Counted from the stretch's first letter, positions 38,322 to 48,175 are shown. The stretch: DNA of 64,000 nt from Terriglobia bacterium (GCA_035578005.1 DATJYK010000085.1:9875-73874); one strand, 5' to 3'. Numbers and translations: made by a program. Notes: generated by a model from the sequence alone, not told the origin.

Positions 38322-41300
38322 ATGTCCAAATCGCATAGAAATCGACCCACATTGCTCGTCATCCTCAGCGCCTTCTTCTTACTCGTCCTACCATTCGGTC
38401 TGCGAGACGTCTTTAGCTTCGGCGCCGCGTCCGCTGAGCCCCAATTTGACCCCGGCCTTTACTCGGCATTGCGCTGGCGGCTCATTGGCCCGTTTCGGGG
38501 AGGCCGCTCCATCGCGGCGGCAGGCGTTCCGAGCGAGCCGGATACTTATTACTTCGGCGGCGTGGCAGGCGGCGTTTGGAAAACCACCAACAGCGGCCGC
38601 ACCTGGCAGCCTCTGTTTGACCACGAGTCTGTTTCCTCGATCGGCGCCATTGCCGTGGCGCCGTCGGACCCGAAGGTGATCTATGTGGGTACCGGTGAGT
38701 CTGACATCCGCTCCGATACCTCGTACGGCGACGGCGTCTACAGATCCACCGACGCCGGCCAAACCTGGAGGCATATCGGCCTGGAAGACAGCCGGGCCAT
38801 CAGCCGCATTGTGGTGGACCCGCACGACGCGAACGTGGTGCTGGTGGCGGCGCTCGGCCATCCCTTCGGCCCAAATACTGAGCGCGGCGTATTCCGGTCC
38901 ACCGACGGGGGCGTCAGCTGGACGAAGGTGCTGTACAAAGATGAAAACACCGGCGCGGCGGACGTCGCCCTCGACCCCGAGACAGGACGGACGGTCTTCG
39001 CTTCACTCTGGGGAGCGCGCCGACCACCCTGGAGCGTTTACGGGCCCATCGAAGGTCCCGGCAGCGGGCTCTACAAGTCGACGGATGGCGGCGTCACCTG
39101 GAACGAGCTTCACGGCAACGGTCTGCCGGAACATGGCTTGCGGCGAATCGGGATTTCGGTTGCTTCCGGCGATCAGGCCCAGCGGGTATACGCATTGATC
39201 GACACGGTGCAGGTGCCGGAACGTGGCCTTTATCGTTCCGACGATGCCGCCTCGACGTGGCGGCACGTGTCATCCGATGCGCGAATTGACGGCCGCGCCT
39301 GGTATTTCAGCGGCGTTTTCGTGGACCCGCAGAATAAGGACACGGTTTATGTGGCCAACACGGCGCTCTACCGCTCGACGGATGGCGGCGCCACCTTCGT
39401 GCCCATCAAAGGCGCGCCCGGCGGGGACGATTACCACCTTTTGTGGCTGAATCCCAGTAACTCCAAGCGCATGATCCTGGCCAGCGACCAGGGCACGGTG
39501 GTGAGCGTGGACCGCGGAGAAACCTGGAGTTCGTGGTACAACCAGCCCACGGCCCAGTTCTATCACGTGGTGACGGACAACCAGTTTCCCTACCACGTCT
39601 ACGGAGCGCAACAGGATTCAGGCAGCGTCGAGATTGCCAGCCGCAGCAACTCGCCCGCAATCAGTTTTCGGGACTGGAGACCCACCGCGGGCGGCGAAGC
39701 CGGCTACATGGCTCCGGACCCGTTGCATCCGGAGCTCGTGATCGGCGGCGACACTTACGGCGGGATCGGCAAGCTGTGGAAGAACACGAGTCAGGAGCAG
39801 AATATTGCGCCGAGCCTGGGACGGAGCTTCAATTTTGGCGGTGGCGGCGTTTGCCATCCGGGAGAGAGGTTCCGTTTCGACTGGACCTCGCCCATCGTCT
39901 TTTCGCCCAAAGATCCGCAGGCGCTCTACTTCAGCTCTCAGATGATCTGGAAGAGCTTGGACGACGGCACGAGCTGGCGCGCAATCAGTCCGGAGCTGAC
40001 GCGCCCCGTTGAAGGTCCCCAGCCCCCGCCTGGCGGTGGGCCCAGCGATTTCGAAAAGGTCACGGGTTGCGGAGTGGTGTACACTGTGGCGCCTTCACCG
40101 CTCAATGCCGATGAAATCTGGGCGGGTACGGACGACGGTCTCATTCAGTTGACGCGCGACGGCGGCAAAACCTGGAAAAACGTGACGCCGCCGAGCCTCG
40201 GTGTCTGGAGCCGGGTGAGCTTGATCGAGGCCTCGCATCATGACGCCGGCACCGCTTACGCTGCCGTTGACCGGCACCGGCTGGATGACCAGCGGCCGCA
40301 CATCCTGCGCACGCATGACGGCGGCGCCACCTGGCAGGAAGTGGATGACGGACTTCCCGCCGCAGGCTACGTTCACGTGGTGCGGGAGGACCCCGAGCGC
40401 CGTGGGTTGCTCTACGCCGGCTCCGAGACGGGCGTCTTTATATCGTTCGACGACGGAGATCACTGGCAGAGCCTGCAGTTGAATCTCCCTACCTCTCCAG
40501 TTCATGACCTGGCAGTGCACGGTGACGATTTGGTAGCGGCTACCCACGGGCGCTCCTTCTGGATTCTGGATGACATAACGCCGCTGCGCCAGTTGACCCG
40601 CGAGTCGGCGGACGCCGAGGCATACTTGTTCAAGCCCGAGACAGCGGTCCGGCTTCGTCCCCGGCCGTTTGAGGGCACGCCGTTGCCGCCGGACGAGCCG
40701 ACCGGCGAGAACCCGCCGATGGGCGCCATCATCGACTATCAGTTGAAGTCGGAGCCCGGTGGCGACGTGAGGCTTGAGATTCTCGACGCGAAAGGGAAAC
40801 CGGTGCGGCAGTATTCCACCGCAGACAAGTCCCCGCCGCCGCAGCGGGCGCCGGTGGTGACCAGCAACTGGCTGCCCAAGCCGCTGGTGCTGACCAAGAA
40901 CGCGGGCTTGAATCGCTTCGTGTGGGACCTGCGCTATGGCCTTGCGCCCGTCGCCAGCCTCGGCGGAGGTCCTGAGTTCCTGACGCCTCGGGGACTGATG
41001 GTGCTGCCGGGTGATTATCAGGTGCGGCTCACGGTGAATGGGCAGCACTACACCCAGCCGCTCAAGGTGGAGCTGGATCCGCGAGTGAAAACTCCGTTGG
41101 CCGATCTCGAGCGCCAGTTTACTTTTCAGCAGCAGGTGATGGGCGCCATGAGCAACGCCCGGAACCTGAACACCGCAATTCGCGACCTGCGAAACAAACT
41201 CGAAGGCCTCGACAAGTCTCTTGGCGCGAAGCCTGGCGAAGAAGAATTAGCCCGCCGAGTGAAGGCGCTTGAAGCCAAGCTTTCTCCCTTCTTCGGGGAG

Positions 41301-41606
41301 AATCCGGGCGAGGCTGGTGGCGAAATGGGCGGCCGAGCTGCGGCCCCAACCGGTGCCGGACCCGCGGGAGTCGAGAGCGCGAACGTGTCGCGTGTTCTAG
41401 CTCTGTTGACGCAGGCCCTCTCTGCCTCCGGCAGTGCTGACGCCGCACCCACCGAAGCCTGCGTGACCGCCGCTCACCAGGCGCAGCAAATGCTGGCCAC
41501 GGCGCGCGATCGCTGGAACACGATCAAGAGGCAGGATATGAAAGCGCTGAATGAGGCGCTGACGAAACAGGGTCGGGAAGCAATCGATGTGATGGATGAT
41601 TTGTGA
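38322..41606 (+). CDS. BNR/Asp-box repeat protein (sortilin-Vps10 / GH74-like double beta-propeller)
   Basis: Signal-like N-terminus and at least 10 S-x-D-x-G-x-T-W Asp-box repeats (STDAGQTW, STDGGVSW, STDGGVTW, SDDAASTW, STDGGATF, LDDGTSW, RDGGKTW, HDGGATW). Confidence 0.8.
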   Translation: MSKSHRNRPTLLVILSAFFLLVLPFGLRDVFSFGAASAEPQFDPGLYSALRWRLIGPFRGGRSIAAAGVPSEPDTYYFGGVAGGVWKTTNSGRTWQPLFDHESVSSIGAIAVAPSDPKVIYVGTGESDIRSDTSYGDGVYRSTDAGQTWRHIGLEDSRAISRIVVDPHDANVVLVAALGHPFGPNTERGVFRSTDGGVSWTKVLYKDENTGAADVALDPETGRTVFASLWGARRPPWSVYGPIEGPGSGLYKSTDGGVTWNELHGNGLPEHGLRRIGISVASGDQAQRVYALIDTVQVPERGLYRSDDAASTWRHVSSDARIDGRAWYFSGVFVDPQNKDTVYVANTALYRSTDGGATFVPIKGAPGGDDYHLLWLNPSNSKRMILASDQGTVVSVDRGETWSSWYNQPTAQFYHVVTDNQFPYHVYGAQQDSGSVEIASRSNSPAISFRDWRPTAGGEAGYMAPDPLHPELVIGGDTYGGIGKLWKNTSQEQNIAPSLGRSFNFGGGGVCHPGERFRFDWTSPIVFSPKDPQALYFSSQMIWKSLDDGTSWRAISPELTRPVEGPQPPPGGGPSDFEKVTGCGVVYTVAPSPLNADEIWAGTDDGLIQLTRDGGKTWKNVTPPSLGVWSRVSLIEASHHDAGTAYAAVDRHRLDDQRPHILRTHDGGATWQEVDDGLPAAGYVHVVREDPERRGLLYAGSETGVFISFDDGDHWQSLQLNLPTSPVHDLAVHGDDLVAATHGRSFWILDDITPLRQLTRESADAEAYLFKPETAVRLRPRPFEGTPLPPDEPTGENPPMGAIIDYQLKSEPGGDVRLEILDAKGKPVRQYSTADKSPPPQRAPVVTSNWLPKPLVLTKNAGLNRFVWDLRYGLAPVASLGGGPEFLTPRGLMVLPGDYQVRLTVNGQHYTQPLKVELDPRVKTPLADLERQFTFQQQVMGAMSNARNLNTAIRDLRNKLEGLDKSLGAKPGEEELARRVKALEAKLSPFFGENPGEAGGEMGGRAAAPTGAGPAGVESANVSRVLALLTQALSASGSADAAPTEACVTAAHQAQQMLATARDRWNTIKRQDMKALNEALTKQGREAIDVMDDL

Positions 41607-41708
41607 GCGGGCGCCGCAACGGCTTGGCTCGCGATTACTTAGCGTCTTGGTGTTCAAAAGAGAACCCACCGATTCTCGCGCCTGCCAATCGGGGTTGTAA
41701 GATGGCTT

Positions 41709-42887
41709 ATGCCTCGTAGGCGCGCGTCCGACACCCCTGTAACTCTCGCCCACCGGGTTGAAGCCAGTGGCGGTCTCGCCTCGTATGCCATGCGGGTGGA
41801 AGAGACCGAGGGTCGCCGTTATCCTGAGCCCTCGCATCCTTACCGCAATGAATACCTGCGCGACCGTGACCGCATCATTCACGCGCGCGCCTTCCGCCGG
41901 CTGGAAGACAAGACGCAGGTCTTCTCCCGCCGCTATTCCGACCACTTCCGCACGCGGCTGACGCACACCCTGGAGGTGACGCAGATCAGCCGCACCATCG
42001 CCGGCGCGCTGGGATTGAACAGCGACCTGGTGGAGGCGCTGGCCCTGGTCCATGACGTGGGCCATCCGCCGTTCGGACATACGGGCGAAGCCGCGCTTGA
42101 CCGTCTCATGCAGCGCTACGGCGAGCGCTTCGATCACAACCTCCACGCGCTTGGCATCGTGGAGCGTTTCGAGCAAAAATACGCCGCCTTTCCCGGGCTT
42201 AACCTCACCTTCGAGGTGCGCGAGGGGATCATCAAGCACTCGCGCGACTACGATGCCAAGCTCCATCCCGAGCTCATCGAGTATCGCCTCACCGAGCGCC
42301 CGCCGCTCGAAGCGCAGCTCATCGACCTGGCTGACGAGATCGCTTACAACTCTGCCGACCTCGACGACGGTTACGAATCGAAGCTGCTTACCCTGGAAAT
42401 AATTCGCGAAGGCGTACCGCTGTTTGAGGTTTTCTATCGCCCGGTTGAGCGCCGTTACCCGGAGGCCGCCGAGAAACTGCGCTTCAACGAGGCGCTGAAG
42501 GGTTTGCTCGATGCCTTGGCCACAGACCTCATCGATTCCACCCGCGCCAGAGTCGAACTGCAGGGCGCGCGAAGTGTGGCGGACGTTCGGGCCTCGGCCT
42601 CACGCCTGGTGGGTTTCAGTGAGGCCAAGGCTGGCGAGAACCGGTCCCTGAAGGAATTTCTCCAACGAAGTCTTTACGAGCATCCGAACGTAGACCGCGA
42701 GCGCAAGGGCATCGCCCGGCTTATCGACGGGCTTTTCGACTACTTTATGAACGAGCCCCGGCGGCTTCCACCCGCCTATTTCGCCAAGACACAAGAAGAG
42801 CCGGCTCATCGAGTAATTTGTGACTATATCGCCGGCATGACGGACAACTACCTTCGCGAGCAGTGGTCGCAGTACGTCGGACAATAG
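41709..42887 (+). CDS. dGTPase-like HD-domain triphosphohydrolase
   Basis: HTLEVTQISRTIA...LVHDVGHPPFGHTGE is the HD motif of the Dgt family. Confidence 0.85.
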   Translation: MPRRRASDTPVTLAHRVEASGGLASYAMRVEETEGRRYPEPSHPYRNEYLRDRDRIIHARAFRRLEDKTQVFSRRYSDHFRTRLTHTLEVTQISRTIAGALGLNSDLVEALALVHDVGHPPFGHTGEAALDRLMQRYGERFDHNLHALGIVERFEQKYAAFPGLNLTFEVREGIIKHSRDYDAKLHPELIEYRLTERPPLEAQLIDLADEIAYNSADLDDGYESKLLTLEIIREGVPLFEVFYRPVERRYPEAAEKLRFNEALKGLLDALATDLIDSTRARVELQGARSVADVRASASRLVGFSEAKAGENRSLKEFLQRSLYEHPNVDRERKGIARLIDGLFDYFMNEPRRLPPAYFAKTQEEPAHRVICDYIAGMTDNYLREQWSQYVGQ

Positions 42888-42952
42888 CGTTGGTGCGATT
42901 CGTCAGCGGAGAGGTGCGGAGTGAGCGCCGAGCGCGCCGTCGCGGCGCAGGC

Positions 42953-44131
42953 TCAACCCACGTGCCGCCCCAAAGCGGCCCATTGGGTGATCCAATCGGC
43001 CGTCCCCCGGTAGCCGGGGGACTTGAAGGCGGCGCGAAGGTACGCTGTGCAGGAGCGGGTTTTCGAGCTTCGCAAGCTCAACACCAGTTTTTGAATATCG
43101 ATGGCCAGCGTGAGGTGCTGCTCCAGGAACGGCCGCCGCGCCACCATTTCGATCATCGTCTGGCCCAGCACGTCAGCGTCATGCCAATCGCCCAGCTTGC
43201 CTTGGAGTTGGCGGAGCCAATCCAGAACTTCGACGCTTCCTGGAATCTCAAGGTCAGCCGCTACTTCGATGGTATATCGTAGCCGTTTGGCCGCGATGCG
43301 AAGGGCGTGCAGGGCGCTCGGGTGGCGCGCCGAGTCGGCGGAGCGGCCTTCGAAATCCTGCCAAAGGTCGCCGAGGCGCTCGGCGAAGCGCGCGGCAGGC
43401 GTCATTTCAACCTTCTCTGCTTGCGGTCCGGCCTCCGCTGGCGTGACGGGCGGCGCTTCCGTTGTCCCTTGCTCCGGGAAGGTAATCACGCGTGATGCAG
43501 CCGCGGACTTCGCCTCGTCAGCCAGCTCAGCGCGCAGACGGAGATAGACCTCCGCCAGGTTAAGCCGGGTGAGCCTGCGATGGGCGCGCGCTGCGGTCTT
43601 GGGCCTAAGTTTCAGGATGTACGCATGGACGGCCTCCCAGGCTTCGCGGTGCGTCGCGCGCTTGCGAGCCAGGATGCGGCCGGTCCGCCAAGCCATCACG
43701 TCCTGATTCCGCAGATCGCCCAAAGCTCGCCGGGCGCGCTGCAGCCGGCGGCGGAGCTTCTGAATCTCCTGCGGCCTCGGTGGCGCATAAAGAAAGTCCA
43801 TAAGAGATTGCACCCGGCGGCTGGCCACGCGGAGATCGTGAACAGGCTTGGGTGATTCGTCGCGCAACACCTTGGGCTCCAAAGTCACCAGCCGGTCAAG
43901 CTGCTGCAGCGCAAGCTTCTGCACCTGACTCCACACGTCGGCGCGCTCGAGCTGGCGCACGGCTGACGCTTCGGCAACGGGCCGGTCTTCTTTCAAGCGA
44001 GAGGCTGATGGGCCAGGAGAAGGGCCGGCAACCAGTACCGCGTCGGCCGTTTGCGCCGGGTGCGGGACCCTCCGCCTATGCGCGCGGTCGGTGTCGCTCG
44101 AAGGCGCCTTGGTTTCGCGCGTTTTGGCCAT
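42953..44131 (-). CDS. CHAD domain-containing protein
   Basis: VHDLRVASRRVQSLMDFL and repeated R/H-rich helical segments are characteristic of CHAD. Confidence 0.65.
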   Translation of the reverse strand: MAKTRETKAPSSDTDRAHRRRVPHPAQTADAVLVAGPSPGPSASRLKEDRPVAEASAVRQLERADVWSQVQKLALQQLDRLVTLEPKVLRDESPKPVHDLRVASRRVQSLMDFLYAPPRPQEIQKLRRRLQRARRALGDLRNQDVMAWRTGRILARKRATHREAWEAVHAYILKLRPKTAARAHRRLTRLNLAEVYLRLRAELADEAKSAAASRVITFPEQGTTEAPPVTPAEAGPQAEKVEMTPAARFAERLGDLWQDFEGRSADSARHPSALHALRIAAKRLRYTIEVAADLEIPGSVEVLDWLRQLQGKLGDWHDADVLGQTMIEMVARRPFLEQHLTLAIDIQKLVLSLRSSKTRSCTAYLRAAFKSPGYRGTADWITQWAALGRHVG

Positions 44132-44187
44132 GGGAGTTCGCGCTGATTATATCCCACAAAGCGCGGCTTAGACACCCTGGCATCTAA

Positions 44188-44392
44188 CCTGCGTTTCTCA
44201 GCAGGATTCGAAAAGGGCGGGGCTTTTCAGCCCCGCCGAATCCTGCGAAATCGCGGTCTTTGTGTTCCGCTCTCGGCACAGCTCGCTGACGGCAAGCTGT
44301 GCCGAGAGCGGAACACGTCAAATATCAAACCGACGTTGTAACGGCGGGGCTGTGAAGCCCCGCAATTTTCGGATCCTGGTGAGAAACGCAGG
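44188..44392. repeat. 205-bp nested inverted-repeat element (27-bp outer arms enclosing three hairpins)
   Basis: Outer arms are CCTGCGTTTCTCAGCAGGATTCGAAAA (44188-44214) and TTTTCGGATCCTGGTGAGAAACGCAGG (44366-44392). The inner hairpins are GGCGGGGC-TTTTCAG-CCCCGCC, a perfect 20-bp stem at 44264-44314 (GTTCCGCTCTCGGCACAGCT ... AGCTGTGCCGAGAGCGGAAC), and GGCGGGGC-TGTGAAG-CCCCGC. Confidence 0.8.
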
Positions 44393-44467
44393 CTGACACC
44401 GCAATTGAATTCGTCCGCTACGGTTGCTCGTGTTCTGCATCCATTAAGTGTTGACCGGAGGACGATC

Positions 44468-44911
44468 ATGCCTATTATTCGCGCCTGCGCGCACTGCGGC
44501 AGAAAGAACCGCGTTCCGATAGTAGCCCTCGCGGGGGGCGCGCGCTGTGGAGATTGCAAGTCGCCGTTGACACTTCTCGCAGAGCCGCTTGCCGTTGACG
44601 ATGCGCTCTTCGACGAAGTTGTGCAGAACGCCCCAGTGCCGGTGCTTGTGGACTTCTGGGCGGAATGGTGTGGACCGTGCCGGATGGCTGCACCGGAAGT
44701 GGCTCGAACGGCCGCCGATATGGCCGGGAAGGCCATCGTACTGAAGGTGGATACGGACCGGTACCCTGAGCTTGCGGCACGCTACAACGTTCGTGGCATT
44801 CCTAATTTCGCAGTCTTCTCGGGTGGCCGCCTGGTGATGCAGCAGGCCGGCGTGGTGGGCCACCAGCAGATGGAGCAGTGGCTGCAGTGCGCCGTACCCA
44901 CTTCGGCGTAG
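44468..44911 (+). CDS. trxC: thioredoxin 2 (N-terminal zinc-finger type)
   Basis: N-terminal CAHCG...CGDC zinc ribbon followed by the thioredoxin active site WAEWCGPCR. Confidence 0.85.
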   Translation: MPIIRACAHCGRKNRVPIVALAGGARCGDCKSPLTLLAEPLAVDDALFDEVVQNAPVPVLVDFWAEWCGPCRMAAPEVARTAADMAGKAIVLKVDTDRYPELAARYNVRGIPNFAVFSGGRLVMQQAGVVGHQQMEQWLQCAVPTSA

Positions 44912-45104
44912 CGGGCCTTTCCGTGCTGCGTCCTGCTGTCTGAATATCTGCGTCCGGGGCGTTCAAATGACACCATTACGAGGCGCTGTGGCGGTGGACA
45001 TCTGTCGAGAGGCAGTGGTAAGCTCGCTCCGATTTTATACGCATGAAAGGCTGTCCGAACATCCCGCTGAAACGGGTCCGGCCAGCCTCGCACGATGAGT
45101 TCTG

Positions 45105-46223
45105 ATGGCGGTTAACCCAACCGGCGGCCCACAGCTCGAGAGTGCCACGCGCGGCGTGGCGCAAGCGGTGGTTGCACCGCTTACTCGCGCTGCGATCTTT
45201 CTGGTGGCGACGCTGAAGCCAGACCCCGGCAGTCGAACCGGCACTCGAACCGTCATTCGGTCTTTCTGCGCGGACCTCGCGGCTATCTTTCGCGCGGTCG
45301 AATTTCGCGACATTGAGGCCGGACTTTCCTGCGTCATGGGGATTGGTTCCGACGCCTGGGACCAGCTCTTTGGCGCGCCGCGCCCCGCGGAGCTGCACCC
45401 TTTTCGCGAGATTCGCGCCGGGGCGCGTCATGCCGTCTCAACCCCGGGAGACCTGCTGTTCCACATCCGCGCGAAGCGCATGGATCTGTGTTTTGAGATG
45501 GCCACGCAAATCATGGCGCGAATCGGTGAGGTGGTTTCGCCCGTCGACGAGGTGCACGGATTCCGGTACTTCGACGCGCGCGATCTCCTGGGGTTTGTGG
45601 ACGGCACGGAGAATCCCAGGGGCGATGAAGTTGCGGAAGCGGCGCTCATTGGCGACGAGGATGCCGCCTTCGCCGGCGGAAGCTACGTGATCGTGCAGAA
45701 GTACCTGCACGATATGGTCGGCTGGAATGCTCTGTCCACGGAGGCGCAGGAGCGAATTATCGGGCGAACCAAACTCTCCGATATCGAACTCGACGATTCG
45801 GTTAAGCCCACTTCAGCGCACAACGCCCTTACGGTGATCGAGGAAAACGGCAGACAGATCCAAATCCTGCGCGATAACATGCCTTTCGGGAGCGCCGGCT
45901 CGGGGGAATTTGGGACCTATTTTATTGGCTACAGCCGTTCACCTCGCACCATTGAGCAGATGCTTGAGAACATGTTTATCGGGCGGCCGCCCGGCAACTA
46001 TGACCGTCTGCTCGATTTCAGCCGCGCCGTTACCGGGAGTCTTTTCTTCGTGCCCACTGCCACATTCCTGGAGGACGTTGCGGAAGAGGCATCTGACGCG
46101 CCTCCGGCCGCTTCGCAGGCCGCGCAACCCGCGCCGAGCATCCCACAAGAGAGTAATGGTCGGCGCGAGCGTGACGGCTCATTGGGTATCGGTTCCCTGA
46201 AAGGAGACGTCGAACATGAATAA
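45105..46223 (+). CDS. Dyp-type peroxidase carrying a C-terminal encapsulin targeting peptide
   Basis: DyP motifs (GFVDGTENP; the distal Asp/Arg region). The C-terminal tail DGSLGIGSLKGDVEHE matches the family-1 encapsulin cargo-loading peptide consensus (SLxIGSLK). The stop overlaps the encapsulin start by 8 nt. Confidence 0.85.
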   Translation: MAVNPTGGPQLESATRGVAQAVVAPLTRAAIFLVATLKPDPGSRTGTRTVIRSFCADLAAIFRAVEFRDIEAGLSCVMGIGSDAWDQLFGAPRPAELHPFREIRAGARHAVSTPGDLLFHIRAKRMDLCFEMATQIMARIGEVVSPVDEVHGFRYFDARDLLGFVDGTENPRGDEVAEAALIGDEDAAFAGGSYVIVQKYLHDMVGWNALSTEAQERIIGRTKLSDIELDDSVKPTSAHNALTVIEENGRQIQILRDNMPFGSAGSGEFGTYFIGYSRSPRTIEQMLENMFIGRPPGNYDRLLDFSRAVTGSLFFVPTATFLEDVAEEASDAPPAASQAAQPAPSIPQESNGRRERDGSLGIGSLKGDVEHE

Positions 46224-47046
46224 TCTGCATCGCGAGCTTGCCCCGATTTCTGATGCCGCCTGGGCCCAGATCGAAGAGGAAGTAACGCGGACGTTCAAGC
46301 GCCATCTTGCGGGCCGGCGGGCGGTGGATGTACGAGGGCCGGCCGGTACGGGCCTCTCGGCCGTAGGCACCGGCCACCTGCGGGAAATTGCTACGCCGGG
46401 GGATGGCGTCCACGGTCGTCAGCGGGAAGTGAAACCGCTGGTTGAGCTCCGCGTTCCCTACGAACTGGAGCGGCAGATGATCGACGACGTGGAACGCGGC
46501 GCCAATGATTCTGACTGGGAGCCGGCGAAGATCGCGGCGCGCCGCCTGGCTTTTGCGGAGGACGGCGCCATATTTGTGGGCTATAGCGCGGCCGGGATCG
46601 TCGGCATCTGCGAGGGAACCAGCAACCCGAAGAAAACCCTGCCCGGCGATGTAAGTCAGTACCCGCAAGCTATTGCGGAGGCGCTGAGCCAGTTGCGGAC
46701 GGCCGGCGTAAACGGGCCTTACACGGTGCTGCTGGGCGCCGACGCGTATACCGCCTTGGCTGAAACCAGCGATTACGGCTATCCGGTTCTGGAACACGTC
46801 AAGCGCCTGGTGGGCGAAAGATCGGAGGATAAGATCATCTGGGCGCCCGGCATCCCGGGCGCGGTGGTTCTGACCACCCGTGGCGGCGACTTCGAACTGC
46901 ACATTGGCCAGGACACTTCCATCGGCTACTTGAGCCACACCGATAGCACGGTCCGCCTCTACTTGCAGGAGACTTTTACCTTCCTGCTGCTCACCACCGA
47001 GGCCGCCGTCGCCTTGGCGCCGCCGGCGGCAAAAAAGAAGCGTTGA
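46216..47046 (+). CDS. family 1 encapsulin nanocompartment shell protein (Linocin M18-like, HK97 fold)
   Basis: Full-length similarity to encapsulins: MNNLHRELAPISDAAWAQIEEE, GYPVLEHV, ILLGADAYTAL-like segments, and a C-terminal GYLSHTDSTVRLYLQETFTFLLL. Confidence 0.9.
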   Translation: MNNLHRELAPISDAAWAQIEEEVTRTFKRHLAGRRAVDVRGPAGTGLSAVGTGHLREIATPGDGVHGRQREVKPLVELRVPYELERQMIDDVERGANDSDWEPAKIAARRLAFAEDGAIFVGYSAAGIVGICEGTSNPKKTLPGDVSQYPQAIAEALSQLRTAGVNGPYTVLLGADAYTALAETSDYGYPVLEHVKRLVGERSEDKIIWAPGIPGAVVLTTRGGDFELHIGQDTSIGYLSHTDSTVRLYLQETFTFLLLTTEAAVALAPPAAKKKR

Positions 47047-47340
47047 TGCACGGCGTTACGGCACCGGCTGCGCCGGGTGTCAGGCGCACAAGAAGGGGAG
47101 CCGCCTTGAAATCCTCGTCCGGTCAACTTAATCGGCCAGCAGAATCGCTCGCGTTCGCCACGATGCAAGGTAACCGGAAACACGGTTGTCTCGGTCTCTT
47201 GCACCGTCCGCACCTCAAGCCACTCAGGAGTTGACATCACGCGGTAGCGCACAACTCCGGGCGTTCTCCGATCCGTCAATTCCTCGTGCACTGCGACGAG
47301 CACAGCCGGATCGGCGCAATCCGAACTAAAAAAAAACTGC

Positions 47341-47397
47341 TTGACATGGAACCAAATGGTTCCCTATAGTGAATAGGGAACTGAATGGTTCCCTATT
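47341..47397 (+). promoter_or_regulatory. arsR promoter (TTGACA-18-TATAGT) overlapping an operator of repeated AATGGTTCCCTAT / ATAGGGAAC motifs
   Basis: TTGACAtggaaccAAATGGTTCCCTATAGTGAATAGGGAACTGAATGGTTCCCTATttt lies directly upstream of the ArsR start. ArsR/SmtB regulators bind inverted repeats overlapping their own promoters. Confidence 0.6.
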
Positions 47398-47727
47398 TTG
47401 GCGATGGAAAATGACGCGGTTTTCAAGGCTTTAGCCGATGCGAGCCGCCGGCAGCTCCTCGACCGGCTGCAGCGGAAAAATGGACAAACCCTGGGAGATC
47501 TTTGCCGGGGGCTGGACATGACCCGGCAAGCTGTGGCAAAACACCTGGCAATCCTCAAGAAGGCTAATTTGGTGTCTTGGAAGCGCCAGGGGAGGACACG
47601 CCTTCATTTCATCAATCCCGTCCCGATTCATGACATCGCTGAACGCTGGATCAGGAAGTTCGAATACCCGCGCCTGAGGGCGCTCTCAAAACTAAAGAAA
47701 ACTTTGGAGGGAATTAATGATGAGTAA
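47398..47727 (+). CDS. ArsR/SmtB family transcriptional regulator
   Basis: ALADASRRQLLDRLQRKNGQTLGDLCRGLDMTRQAVAKHLAILKKANLV is the winged-HTH of ArsR. The start is TTG or the ATG 6 nt downstream. Confidence 0.8.
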   Translation: MAMENDAVFKALADASRRQLLDRLQRKNGQTLGDLCRGLDMTRQAVAKHLAILKKANLVSWKRQGRTRLHFINPVPIHDIAERWIRKFEYPRLRALSKLKKTLEGINDE

Positions 47728-48175
47728 AACGGACGAAAGCGCCTTTGTTTACGTCACCTTCATCCGCACCACAGCAGAACGGTTATGGTCTGCGCTGACC
47801 AGCGCCGATTTCATGAAGGAATACTGGTTTGGCATGCACCTCAAGAGCGAATGGAAGGTTGGAGCGCAGTGGCAAATGATCTTCGCCGATGGACGGGTTG
47901 CCGACGGCGGAGAAGTCGTCGAATTCGAGCCGCCTAAACGCCTTGTGCTCAGTTGGCGCAATGAGTTCCGGCCGGAACTGAAGGCTGAGGGCTATGCGCG
48001 CTGCGTGATCGAACTCGAGCCCGTCTCCGAGGCTGTCAAGCTCACGATCACGCACACCATGGACCGCCCGGAGTCAAAGTTCATTAAAGCCGTGTCGAAT
48101 GGCTGGCCGCAAATTCTCTCCAACCTGAAATCCCTGCTCGAAACCGGCCAGATTGTGTTGAAAGGAATCCATTAG
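47717..48175 (+). CDS. SRPBCC-family protein (AHSA1/Aha1-like)
   Basis: Typical ArsR-associated SRPBCC partner. It overlaps the ArsR stop. Length and composition fit. Confidence 0.7.
   Translation: MMSKTDESAFVYVTFIRTTAERLWSALTSADFMKEYWFGMHLKSEWKVGAQWQMIFADGRVADGGEVVEFEPPKRLVLSWRNEFRPELKAEGYARCVIELEPVSEAVKLTITHTMDRPESKFIKAVSNGWPQILSNLKSLLETGQIVLKGIH

Noticed and set aside
40095-41048. 317-aa minus-strand ORF inside the BNR-repeat protein gene
   Set aside because: It is antisense to a well-supported gene. It is Arg-rich junk typical of the reverse frame.
41397-42266. 289-aa minus-strand ORF antisense to the dGTPase-like gene
   Set aside because: The dGTPase frame carries the HD motif. The antisense frame has no features.
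46959-47303. 114-aa minus-strand ORF between the encapsulin and arsR
   Set aside because: It overlaps the encapsulin 3' end antisense and has no features. It is probably a noncoding spacer.
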